Shown: piece by piece, positions 1 to 11,030 of the stretch | How positions within the stretch are numbered: the stretch's first letter is position 1 | Layout: the number at the start of each line of letters is the position of its first letter | Origin: Podarcis filfolensis | Taxonomy: Eukaryota | Assembly: GCA_964270895.1 (NCBI GenBank) | Contig: OZ185445.1 | DNA length: 64,000 nucleotides | Strand: one strand, 5' to 3' | The notes under the pieces: generated by a model | Databases searched by the model: none | What the model was told of the DNA's origin: nothing | What the model saw: only the letters and a program-made list of their open reading frames with translations | Made by a program: the position numbers and the translations under genes

Positions 1-117
1 AAGACCTTTGTGAATCTAAGGCTGTATATGGAGTTCTCCCTCCATTTGCAGCAAGTACTTTGCATGGGGAAGGGAGTGAGGCAGGCCCAGTTCATGGTGA
101 GACTATTGTAGAATCTA

Positions 118-570
118 AGATGATGATGATGATAATTTATTATTTATACCCCGCTCAACTGGCTGGGTCTCCCCAGCCACTCTGGGTGGCTCCCAACAGA
201 ATATTAAAACATGGTAAAACACTGAACATTAAAAACTTCCCTAAACAGGGCTACCTTCAGATGCCTTCTAAAAGTCAGATAGTTGTTTATGTCCTTGACA
301 TCTGGTGGGAGGGCATTCCACAGGGCGGGCGCCACTACCGAGAAGGCCCTCTGCCTGGTTCCCTGTAACCTCAATTCTCACAGTGAGGGAACTGCCAGAA
401 GGCCCTCGGAGCTGGACCTCAGTGTCTGGGCTGAACTATGGGGGTGGAGACGCTCCTTCAGGTATACTGGGCCAAGGCCGTTTAGGGCTTTAAAGGTCAG
501 CACCAACACTTTGAATCGTGCTCAGAAACGTACTGGGAGCCAATGTAGGTCTTTCAAGACCGGTGTTATA
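118..570 (-). mobile_element. L2 LINE 3' fragment (squamate subfamily)
   Basis: Short-repeat tail then the L2 3' UTR and RT C-terminal segment (ggagggcattccacagggcgggcgccactaccgagaaggccctctgcctgg). Same sequence recurs at 5904, 34381 and 54597. Confidence 0.8.
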
Positions 571-1692
571 TTCCCAGTCACCAGTCTGATAACTACACCC
601 TGGCATTTAGGACTGATGTAACCACTAATATCAATATAAATAAAGCCAGAGAGCATTAAGAAGGCAGCATAATGTAGAATTCAAACAATGTAACACACAT
701 TATTCATATACCCACTCACCCAGTTTCACTGTTCCACATAACCACTACAGTTATTCACAACCTCAAGCATTCTGTTAACCAACCACCCAAACATAAATCA
801 CTCACAGTCAACAATATTACAATCTGCATACAAAGGATCACTGCCAAGCCTACTACACGACACCACCCACTGAACTATCTAATACTCCTCTCCCATCTCA
901 ATTGCATTTCTGATCCTATTTCACAGAACTGAAACTTTGGGAAAGGTGTTTCCTTTCCTACTGGTAAAATGATAAATTCTGTACCATCTGTACTGAGGAA
1001 GTTATGGAAGTAGGCAAAAACACTACTTTGGTGTAAATTTGACAAAGGGGCTGCAGATGTCACACAAAGCCTTTAAATGGGCACCACTCAAAACTAAGGC
1101 TGTCCTATTAAAATGTGTGAAGATATCAGAGTAAAGGGCTTTCCTTATGGTGCAAGATATCTGGCAATCAAACTTCAAACACTACTTTGTCTGCGTGTGG
1201 AAGGCTGAAGTGTAAGCTAATCATTTAGAAAAACCCAAATCTGAAAGATCAATGGGAAATTGTGCTCATTAAATGTAACCCAACCATTTAGAAAATGGTT
1301 TTGAAAACATTATTGAATTTTTCTCCTCTGCTTGATCAATAAAAACCACGAAGAAAGGTTCTATTTGAGATTTTATTGAAAAGAATTAGTTTGTGGCAGT
1401 AGCATTTTTAGATGACACATTTCTATGGAATCGAATGTTCATTAAGGTCCCAGTTGGGAAGTCCAGTAGTGGGTTTGTGCTCTTGCCCTGACGGTGCTTG
1501 CTCACCTCTTGGTATGAAGACGAAGAGATCTATGTGTAGACTTTTCTCCAACAAGTGTTCTGTGTTATTGGAGCATCACGTCTTCCTTTCCAATTTCACC
1601 TCCAGTGTTGGATGTGAAAGTCCCCACAAATCCACATGACTGGATGCAGTGGACAACAAGGATCCAGAAACCTGTTTGTGAATGGTGATCAC

Positions 1693-1837
1693 CAGTGATA
1701 TTTTTCTAGAAAAAGAGGTGCCAGAACTCACCATGAACGCCTCCCTTGTTCTCTTAGAATGGCAATGGTGCCCATCTAAGAGGTGCCGGAACTGAGTTCT
1801 GGTGAGTTCCAGATGAGAGGGGGGAAAACAACCCCTG
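1693..1837. mobile_element. hAT-type MITE
   Basis: Imperfect CAG..CTG termini; 8-bp TSD gtgatcac / gtgattac (7/8). Confidence 0.7.
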
Positions 1838-2434
1838 GTGATTACTCTTGCTGGACCAGGGGGTACAAGCTTGAAACACAAATTCCTCTTTTTTTCTCGT
1901 TTCTGTTTTGCACATATAATTAAGTGAGAAGTTAAGAAGAAAAATACTCCAGAGGCAATTAGTAATGAAATATTTTGAAAAATGAAACACTAAGCTTCAA
2001 GAGACCCTGTTTGATGTTCTTATTGAGACCTGCCATTTATTGAGGAGGCGGGTGGTGTTGGTGGGGAGAACGAAGGAAAAGTGTGGAAAAAAACACAAAG
2101 GCGAAACCAAAAGCTCATAACTTTTTCTCACTGCTAAGCTGACTCATTATAACATGGCCTGAGGCTCGGGGTTAAACTAGATTTCCCTTCCCAAACTGAA
2201 TAATGAACTTTGAAGTGGTACCATAATGAATGTTATTAAAATGGATTTAACGGTTAGCTATAAGAGGTCTGTATCAAAGAATGCAGTGTGTGTATATATA
2301 GGCATGCATGAAAAAGTTAAGTATATTTTGTTAAGTGGGAAGGTGTGGTGTTCGTCGAACATATGGACAAAAGGGCGGTTCTCTCAATCACATTGCCCCA
2401 ACCTGTTCATTGTGACTAGCGGTAAATCACTCGC

Positions 2435-2452
2435 AAACAAACAGATGGCGCT
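2435..2452 (+). promoter_or_regulatory. Candidate CTCF site
   Basis: caaacagatggcgc matches 12/14 of CCASYAGRKGGCRS; motif match only. Confidence 0.3.
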
Positions 2453-3390
2453 GGATGGGTTGAACATCATTATTTTGAGAAATGCTCCAGGCCCTGGTGA
2501 AATTCTCTTTATGCAATTTTCCTGCATTGTCCTACCAGCACAATCTTGTGCACTCTCCTTTGCCGATTTGTTAAAAGGAATTTTTCGGAATGCCATCTAA
2601 TCCTATTTCCATAGCTACAGATAAGAAATCGAAGACTGGGGCCTTGAGCTGAAAATAGCTGACTTGCTTCATGGAAAAGGACTCATTCGTATGCAAAGCT
2701 CTGTGCTCTTATTCAAAGGACAATTAGAAGTTTGATCTTTGGAAGCATGACCTTCTAATGCCTTTCTATTTGCAGCTAGTCTGAGGCTGTAAAAAGGGAA
2801 TTGAATGAAATCAGTAAACTTGGGAGAAGAGGTGAACTTCTGCTTTAGTTTACATAGCTTTTGCTGGATGGTACTAAGCAGAATAGGGACCATTCATAGA
2901 ATACAGCCTTGCCATTCATCGTCACACGGATTCCTGCTACAAATACCATGCAGAAATGATTCTGATAAGAAAATACTAAGATTCCTGGGAACACATTTTC
3001 TGAAAGCAGGAAGTAAAGGACAAGATTGAGAATGAAAGCCATGCATTTGTTTCTTCTGTAGCAGGGATAGAGAATTTGCCAACGGCAGACAGGGCCAAAG
3101 GCAGAAGCAAAAGTAGGAGGAGCAACAGATGTCTCTGTTACCATTACACAAATAAGTAGCCTTCTAGCTATGCAAAATCACACTCACATGCATATCTCCA
3201 TTCCGAACACCAGAAAGCTTGATCAAGTAGGATTGTAACCAGGCAAGATCACACTTTATTCACCTCTCTGTGCCTTTGCCCTCTCCCAATGTCAACTTGC
3301 CTGAAATCAAAATGAACAGGATTTCTGTGAAAGGTTAATCACTATCAGAATCTAATATAGGTGGCAGCTGTTCATTGTTACCCCTTAGTT

Positions 3391-3642
3391 CATTGGTAGG
3401 CAAACTAAGGCTCGGGGGCCGGATCTGGCCCAATTGCCTTCTAAATCTGGCCCCTGGACAGTCCGGGAATCAGCGTGTTTTTACAGGAGTAGAATGTGTG
3501 CTTTTATTTAAAATGCATCTCTGGGTTATTTGTGGGGCATAGGAATTCTTTCATTATTATTTTTTTCAAATATAGTCCAGCTCTCCACAAGGTCTGAGGG
3601 ACAGTGGACCAGCCCCCTGCTGAAAAAACTTGCTGACCCCTG
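3391..3642. mobile_element. hAT (Charlie-like) MITE
   Basis: Termini cattggtaggcaaac / ttgctgacccctg; perfect 8-bp TSD ccttagtt at 3383-3390 and 3643-3650. Confidence 0.85.
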
Positions 3643-4693
3643 CCTTAGTTGGATGATGATGTTTGAAGAGACTCCTTAGATTATCCCACACTGAAGTATA
3701 CACAGTAGTTTTGTGCGTCCGCATCTAATCTTGCTCCATGTCTGCATCTAATCTTGCATCGAGGAACTTTAAGCAAAGTTGCAATTTTAACTAGGCTATC
3801 CATATCCACTAGCTGTGTCCTTCCATCCTTAGTTTACCACTGTCTTTGAGTTCCTTTGAAATTCCCTTGTATTCTTCTGAAGGTCAGCTGATTCTCACTG
3901 CAACATGCCAAATGATAAGGGAAGGGCCCAAAGATGGGTGCTATACATAGAAAATATAGTTTCTATATCCAGATTGGAGGGGGGGAGGCGTGCAGTGAGA
4001 AATGAAAAACTGCAGTTTGAGCAACTAGGGGAGGATGAAACTTATTTACCTTGCCACTGTTCACATCAGTAAGTGGCCTAGAAGTCTGTGAAAGTCAAAA
4101 AATGGGAAAGCAAAGGCAGTAAGCAACAAACATCCCTGGTACGAGTTTCTTCCCTTTCCTAAACATAATAAATCTGCAAAGTGCCAATTTTATTTTCATT
4201 AAGGCATTTGTTCAACAGTGTTTGGAAGCTGGAGTCCTGATGTCCAAAAGAGCAATAATTTTCTCATAGCAGGGTATCTGGTGGATCCACACAGAACTTG
4301 CACAAGGATTTAATTTTGTGTTTCGGTCCTTTGGGTGTCATTTTCCAGCAACTCGCACCTGCTTGTTGAAGGCTAGCCTTCAGCACTCCCCTGTGAGGCT
4401 TATCTCAGGGAAAGAGAGATGCCTTAGCAATGCACAGTTCATCGTCTGAGATGCTGACACCCAGTTTTTATGAGACAGCATCCACTTTTTATGTGCAAGC
4501 CCCATGAGGGCTGAGCATCCCAAGGTGCCACCATCAAATTCCTAACAACTTTGAACATCCAGACACCTGTTCTTTCTTCCAGCTTTGCCAATGTCATTTT
4601 CTTTTGTAAGAGTTTAGGTCAGCGAGGCACACACAAATAGGTTCCCTTGCTTGCCAGACTCCAAACACCTCCACTGTTCTGCAAACAGTTTTG

Positions 4694-4731
4694 ACAATTG
4701 GTTTATTGTAAATTTACAATAAACCAATTGT
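4694..4731. repeat. Perfect 38-bp palindrome
   Basis: acaattggtttattgtaaa|tttacaataaaccaattgt; halves are exact reverse complements with no spacer. Confidence 0.97.
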
Positions 4732-5091
4732 AGATACTTAGTGCCAGCCTCCCATTGTTTTGTAATTGCTTGGTAAGAGCCAGTGATCCATGATAACTGA
4801 TCACGTGATTACTAAAGACGGCAATTTCATGCCAGCAGGCTGTCCAGTGTTAAATGCAACTATCAGGTGAATAATGTAGCAAATGACTGGGGTCGATTTT
4901 GCAACGTAGGAGCTTTCGCCAGGCTTTCTGTGTGGAATGTGGCGAATGTTATTCATGGGACTGTCTTTGAAGGACACAAGAATGAATTGAATTGCTAAGG
5001 ACTGTTGCTTGATTCATTTGACATATGAGCAAAAGCCCCGACTAAGGACTCTTTCATTAAATGAGAAATTAGCTTTGTGTACCTTTGTGTT

Positions 5092-5121
<30 letters not shown>
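5092..5121. repeat. (GCA)n/(CAA)n microsatellite
   Basis: Direct reading. Confidence 0.95.
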
Positions 5122-5122
<1 letters not shown>

Positions 5123-5903
5123 ACCCTAACATAACATTCAAAAGACTCGTGGAAAAGAAACACTGGCTGATCTTCTTTCTATTAGTCAAAACAAAAATAA
5201 CAAAACTAATATTTTTTAGTGTGCAAAAAGATTTATCAAATTATGCCATGCGCTTGCTTCTTCAGGATAATTAAATAGCGCAGACATCAAAATCTGGCGG
5301 GTGCTTTCCTAGCTAGCTGGTGGCAAAGCTAAACAGATGTTTGGATATCCATGGGTGGTTATGTAGGCTCCTCAACACTGATGAATTTTTAGTATCACTT
5401 TGCATTGACTAACAGAACACATATGTACAAGGAAAAGAGGACTTGAGAGGAGCAGTTTACTCTTCTTCAGTGTCCCCAGAGTGGTGTGAAGTGCCTTAAA
5501 TGTAAATGAGGGCTTGACATGCTGACTTCTGTGCAAATAATCAGGAAATTAGTTGAACACATTAGGTTTGGAGGCAGGTTCCTGCGAGTAGCACGCTGTG
5601 GCCACAGGGACAAGGTCAACAAAGGAGATCTCCTCTGAATCCACCTTTCCCATGCCCTCCCCTTCAAAATCGGCTCAGTAGAGTTGGGAAACCCTCTGGG
5701 ACAGCATGGGAGGGGGCACTGAGGGCTGCACAGAGAAGAAGAAATTGGGAAAAATTGTTTCATCCTGCTTTCTGCCAAGGAGAAATCCTTCACAGGATTG
5801 GAAACCTTTATGTGAATGGAAAGAGCACCTCTGCTTAGGATCTAAGCCATTAATGTTTCCAGGACTGGAATCAAAAGACCACTGAATCTGAATCTGTCAA
5901 TAG

Positions 5904-5904
5904 C

Positions 5905-5958
<54 letters not shown>

Positions 5959-6258
5959 ATCCCACCCATCTGACTGGGTTGTCGCAGCCACTCTGGGGTG
6001 GCTCCCAACAAAATATTGAAACCACAGTGAAACATAAAACATTAAAAACTTCCCTAGATGTCTTCTAAAAGTCAGATAGTTGTTTATTTCCTTGACATCT
6101 GATGGAAGTGTGTTCCACAAGGTGGGTGCCACTACCAAGAAGGCCCTCTGCCTGGTTCCCTGCAGCTTCACTTCTCTCAGTGAGGGAACTGCCAGAAGGC
6201 CCTTGGAGCTGGACCTCAGTGTCCAGGTTGGACGATGGAGGTGGAGATGTTCCTTCAG
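5904..6258 (-). mobile_element. L2 LINE 3' fragment with (TAA)n tail
   Basis: (tta)n about 5906-5956; minus translation RPTWTLRSSSKGLLAVPSLREVKLQGTRQRAFLVVAPTLWNTLP is an L2 ORF2 C-terminus. Confidence 0.85.
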
Positions 6259-6269
6259 GTATTTCTTTC

Positions 6270-6800
6270 TCATTAGAAAGGGGCAACCAAACCAAAATGA
6301 TCAAGGGCAGGGGAAGGAGCAACTCCCCTATGGGGAAAGGTTACAAAATTTGGTGCTTTTTAGAGAAAAGGCATGTAAAGAAATTATAGAAATCCTTAAA
6401 ATGATGCCTAGTTTGGAGCAAGTGTGTGAAGTTTTTCTCCATCTCTCGTGGAATACAGGAACATCTAATGAAGCTGAATGTCGGGCAGACAAAAGAAAAT
6501 ACATTGTTAGACTGTGGAATTCATTCCCACCAGAGACAGTGATGGCCACCAACTTCCATGGCTTTAAAAGATGATTAGGCAAATTCATGGAGGACAAGCC
6601 TATCTGTGGTTACTATCCCCAATGTCTATATTATATATCTACTGTAGAAGTAGTAATGTTTCTGAATACCAGTTGTGGAAGCCACAGGAGGGGAGAGTCA
6701 GGCTGTGCTCAATTCCTGCTTGCGGGCTTTAGGCCACTGTGAGAACCGGATGCTGGTTTAGGTGGGCCTGATCCAGCAGAACTCTTCTCATGTTCTTACA
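6270..6800 (+). mobile_element. CR1 LINE 3' fragment (degenerate)
   Basis: gggcaaccaaa..atgatcaaggg..ggagcaactcccctatg..gaaagg..ttaggcaaattcatggaggacaag, then CR1-type 3' UTR ending ctgatccagcag..tatgttctta. Confidence 0.75.
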
Positions 6801-6921
6801 GCAGATGCCGGTGCACAAATATCATTTGTCATTAGAATGCTTCAAATAAATTGGCCTCTTAATGGTGAACTATCCCTGCCCTAGACAGGGTTTATTGCAT
6901 CAGTCAACACCTTCTTGGTTA

Positions 6922-7645
6922 AAACTTCCAGAGAGGTAGCTCAGCTGTCTTATTCGGCTGAAGCAAAAGCAGATATCTTGTAGCATTTTAAAGACTAACA
7001 AAATTCAGACAATCGTGAAGAGAGACAGTAGTTTTATATTCCACAAGGGTTGATTCATTTGACAGTGCTAGGGTGATTGTGCTATCACCAATTGCCGCTG
7101 TTGTGAATGGTCACTGTGATAATCTACTATATGTTTTGGAAAGTAGTTCGTTTGTGCACTATGCATTTTGACACGTCTTAAGATTGCATAACCTAAGTTT
7201 TCATGGTGGTTCCTGAGCAGGTTTGTGTCTATGATTTGCTAAAATTGGACACCATTATAAATTATGATGGTGGATTGAGCCTTCCCAGACTGCACTGATT
7301 TTAATCAAATCTTGCATAATGGTTCCTGAGATCATGGGCCAGTTTTTTTTGTCTGTGTTTGGATATAGTTGGATGTCATTTTGAATCAAGATAGTGAACT
7401 GAGCCTTTCAAAACTGCATTGATTTTAACTGCTGATTTGCGGGCTGCTAGTTTTACATACTTTTAATCTTTAATTGAATTGTCTTTGTCATCTTTAATTC
7501 CACTGTTTACATTTTGCACCCTTCCTTGCTCAGATAGCAAAACACAATTTGCAGCTCTTTTGAGAATAATTGAGAATAATATTTAATGCATTTGATGAGG
7601 TGGACTCTAGTCCACAAACGCTTATGCTATAATAAAATTGTTGCT
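6922..7645 (+). mobile_element. Penelope-like element relic (inverted 5' pLTR piece, decayed endonuclease-like segment, 3' pLTR)
   Basis: 6922-7005 resembles the antisense distal pLTR (gaggtagc..ttaaagactaacaaaatt). 7112-7141 reads HCDNLLYV and 7241-7256 reads KLDTI, reminiscent of GIY-YIG ends. 7586-7643 carries the pLTR hammerhead motif. Confidence 0.65.
7586..7627 (+). ncRNA. Degenerate minimal hammerhead ribozyme motif (Penelope-type)
   Basis: tgca-t-tTGATGA-g-GTGGAC tcta GTCCAC-aaac-gcTTA-tgc. Helix II perfect; CUGAUGA is UUGAUGA and GAAAG is AAACG, so probably inactive. Confidence 0.65.
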
Positions 7646-8608
7646 TTCATGGGCTGCAAGACTTTATCATGGCAAAATATTTCACACTTCTCCCAGTGGG
7701 AGAGTGCAAGGAACTGTATACAGCAGCAGAGTTATGCATAGTGTGTACATTGGAAGTTTCCAAGCAACCATTTAGTAATGTATCATTAGAGTTTGAGAGA
7801 CCAAAGTGACAAATCTACTCAGCAAGTGTAGCAAGTAGGGAATCCTCATTTTTTAAAAGATACTATATTACCATGGTTTCCATTTAGTGTAGAAGCCTTT
7901 TAAACTTCTGATCAAATGCCAATCAATTACAGGCACCTATTCCCCCCCACCATGTGATATAGTTAGTGAACTAATTATCTAACAAGCATGATATGCTAAG
8001 GATTTTTTTTTATCAGTGAGCTTGTTTATTACTTTTACAGAGTACTGTAGTCCACTACATGTCTGCTCAAAAATGAATCCCATGGAGCCTGATAAGGCTT
8101 ACTCCCAGAAAGTGGGCATATAATTGAAGCCTTAGTGATTTTGGCATTTAAGCGGTATATAAATATCAATCAATCAGTAATTACATTGTTATGTGTTGGG
8201 TTGCATTTTGAACTCTTTTATAAAATAAAATAAAATTCCCATGAGTATAAATAAATAAATAAATGCAAAAGAATAAGAACTCTTGAGGTGGTGAATGTCA
8301 AACTTGAAGACATTTTCCCTTTGCTCTGCCAGGCGGATATTGAACTATCTGAAGCAGAAACTTTTAAATGTGAAAAGAGCTCAACTTAGACCTTTTCCAA
8401 GTTTGCTAGAATTCCTAGTTTTCTGCGGTAAAATGAATTACTATGACTAAGCCAACCATGTCTGAAATCTCATTTACACTACAACTTCTTCATATTGCTC
8501 TGGCTGGGAGAAAGAGGAGGATGAGTATAAAATGACTATACCCCATTTTTTAATGGTTTTATGTCTCTGAAGCTGTGTAAATTCTACTGGAGGCCTATGA
8601 CCCTGACA

Positions 8609-9063
8609 GTGCAATCCTGTGTATGTCCCCTTGGAATTAAAGCCTATCAATTTCGGTGGGACTTACTCCCCACTAATTATGGTGCTGGAGGAGACTCTTG
8701 AGACTCCCATGGACTGCAAGAAGATCAAACGTATCCATTCTTAAGGAAATCAGCCCGGAGTGCTCACTGGAAGGACAGATCGTGAAGCTGAGGCTCCAAT
8801 ACTTTGGCCACCTCATGAGAAGAGAAGACTCCCTGCAAAAGACCCTGATGTTGGGAAAGATTGAGGGCACAAGAAGAAGGGGACGACAGAGGACGAGATG
8901 GTTGGACAGTGTTCTCGAAGCTACAAACATGAGTCTGACCAAACTGCGGGAGGCAGTGGAAGACAGGAGTGCCTGGTGTGCTCTGGTCCATAGGGTCACA
9001 AAGAGTCGGACACGACTAAATGAATAAACAACAACAACAACAAGTATGTACAGGATTGCATCC
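8609..9063. mobile_element. Short palindromic MITE-like repeat (gcaatcct...aggattgc) split by Bov-B
   Basis: Left half 8609-8672 and right half 9044-9063 have inverted ends gcaatcctg / caggattgc. Confidence 0.6.
8675..9043 (+). mobile_element. Bov-B (RTE LINE) 3' fragment
   Basis: ORF reads PWTARRSNVSILKEISPECSLEGQIVKLRLQYFGHLMRREDSLQKTLMLGKIEGTRRRGRQRTRWLD; (AAC)n tail. Confidence 0.95.
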
Positions 9064-9159
9064 TGAGTGTTTTTGTTCTGGCTGATACAAAACAACCTGA
9101 GCCATAGATGGTATGTAAGCTAGCCAGAGAATAGGGTGTGAAGGACAGAATTTCAGCAG

Positions 9160-9225
9160 GTGTACCTTAAGAAACTGGGACAGCTCCTGTGAATCTGGGA
9201 CTGTCCCTGGAGAATAGGGACACTC
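9160..9225. mobile_element. Fragment of unclassified MITE (same family as 33289-33694)
   Basis: gggacagc..gaatctgggactgtccctggagaatagggacac matches about 33636-33683. Confidence 0.55.
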
Positions 9226-9243
9226 AAGAGTCTGCATTACTGG

Positions 9244-9412
9244 CAGTGCTTTTTTTCTGGGGGTATGCATACCCTTAAACATTTTGTGAATCTTTGTATT
9301 TTTGTCCATTTACTGTATTTATTTTCCCCAATTTGAACAATAAAATGGTGATTTTCTTGAGTCAAAATGAGAATACACCTAAACGTGTTTTTTTAAGGGA
9401 AAAAAAGCACTG
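9244..9412. mobile_element. hAT-type MITE
   Basis: TIR cagtgcttttttt / aaaaaaagcactg; 8-bp TSD attactgg / attacagg. Confidence 0.85.
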
Positions 9413-9683
9413 ATTACAGGCACAGACTGAAATAAGCACATACATGGGAATTCTGGAGCAAATGGTTTCACTTTGTGTGGTAAGATATTGGGTAAAAGGT
9501 AAAGGTAAAGGACCCCTGGACGGTTAAGTCCAGTTAAATTTGACTATAGGGTGTGGTGCTCATCTCTGCTTTCAGGCCTAGAGAGCTGGCGTTTTTTTGC
9601 AGACAGCCATTCCGGGTCATGTGGCCATCATGGCTAAACCACTTCTGGCATATGGAGCACCATGACGAGTGCCGGAGCGCATG

Positions 9684-10496
9684 TGTCAGGGACTCAGGAG
9701 CAGGAGCTCTGGGGAGAGAGGAAATGGAGAGCGAAGGGGAAGAATCCGAGAGCAGCGTAGGGGAGTATGACAGTGGCCCGAGAGATTCCATGAGCTTCTC
9801 CAGCGAATCAGAAGATTCCCAGAAGGGGGCGCCTATGGTCAGGGCAAGGGGGGTCCCAGGGGGGACGCACCAGAAACAAGGAGACAGAGGGGAACCCCAA
9901 AGCAGCAGTGGGGGATTGGGACCAGTTTCCCCACCAGAGCGTAGTGGGGGGGAAGAGTCACATGTGTCAGAGCCAGCGTCTCCTCCAGCGGGGAGAGAGA
10001 GTGAGTCAGGGCTGACCACGCCTCCAACGGAGGGGAGGTCAGTTGCAGCTAGCCCCCCCAGAGGGGGAAGCAGTGACAGCAGCAGCAGTGAAACGGTCAG
10101 GAGGAAAGTTACCGGCTGGGCGCGCGTGCCAAGTTCAAAGGTACAGGCGCGGGGAACAGCAGGAGACCCGGATGCGGAACCAGCTCCTAAAGCCCGCCGG
10201 AGGGAGGGGGAAGGCTCAGGGGACTCAGCGTCAGAAGAGGCTAGAAAGGATGAGACCCCAACGGCCAGGCGCAACCAGAGGCGGAAGGAACTGAGGAAGA
10301 GGTGGAGTAAGGCTAGAATCTTAAATTGGTGTCAGGGGGGAGGAGACTCAGACGGAGCATCAGCGGTCTAACAGTTGAGACGTAGAGCTGCGCGCTGCGG
10401 CTCTGGAAGTGAAACTGAACTTCAATAAAGACTTTTGTACTTAACAAAGAAGCAGCGTTGGTCCTTTGTGAGCTGGGACCTTGGGCAGCCCTGACA
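9684..10496 (+). mobile_element. Solo LTR, 813 bp (Gypsy or ERV class not determined)
   Basis: TG..CA ends with 8-bp inverted termini tgtcaggg / ccctgaca; 5-bp TSD gcatg at 9679-9683 and 10497-10501; AATAAA at 10424-10429. Confidence 0.92.
9724..10371 (+). CDS. Putative LTR-encoded 215-aa acidic, Ser/Pro-rich disordered protein with basic C-terminus (function unknown)
   Basis: Frame open from the second base of the LTR to TAA 10369-10371 (228 codons); first ATG in gaaATGG context. No homology recognised and expression is unproven. Confidence 0.4.
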   Translation: MESEGEESESSVGEYDSGPRDSMSFSSESEDSQKGAPMVRARGVPGGTHQKQGDRGEPQSSSGGLGPVSPPERSGGEESHVSEPASPPAGRESESGLTTPPTEGRSVAASPPRGGSSDSSSSETVRRKVTGWARVPSSKVQARGTAGDPDAEPAPKARRREGEGSGDSASEEARKDETPTARRNQRRKELRKRWSKARILNWCQGGGDSDGASAV

Positions 10497-11030
10497 GCAT
10501 GGAAATGTCATTTACCTTCCTGCCACAGCAGCGGTACTTATTTATCTACTCGCACTGGTATGCTTTTGAACCGCTAGGTTGGCAGGAGCTGGGACAAAGC
10601 AATGGGAGCTCACCCTGTTTTGCGGATTCGAACCTCTGACCTTACAATCAGCAAGCCCCAGAGGGCTCAGTGGTTTAGACCACAGCACCGCCCACTGTGT
10701 TGGGTAGCAACTCAGGTCACCATGACCATAGTTGCTGTGGGTTTTTGCAAAGAGTTCTGAAAGTACAGAAAACTGCCTTATGCTCTCAGACCATTGGGTT
10801 CATTTTCAGTATTGTCTACACAGATTAGTGGTGGTTCTCCCAGTCCTATTCCAGCACTAAGCTGCATGCAAAAGCTTTGTGTTCCATTGATCTGTGTTGC
10901 ATGGCTACATGTTTCAGAACTATCTCTATGTATTTCTCTTTTACATACACAGAGCAAAAATGACATAATGTATGCATTAGGCTTCCTGTATTTGGGGGAG
11001 TGGAATATTCTAGCCCTAACTGTATGAGAG

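Larger units (their letters stand above)
9491..10693 (-). mobile_element. Sauria SINE (long variant) interrupted by a solo LTR
   Basis: (ACCTTT)n tail at 9491; body 9510-9683 resumes at 10497 and runs to the tRNA-like head with B box (ggattcgaacc). Confidence 0.92.

Noticed and set aside
2226-2600. 124-aa ORF
   Set aside because: No recognisable homology or exon boundaries.
3718-3760. Short tandem duplications (gcatctaatcttgc twice; also 15887-15914, 7561-7580)
   Set aside because: Ordinary slippage duplications; not a CRISPR-like array.
9553-9723. N-terminal 57 aa of the 272-aa ORF
   Set aside because: Starts at GTG in antisense Sauria SINE sequence and only reads through the insertion junction; the first 44 codons are not part of the LTR.
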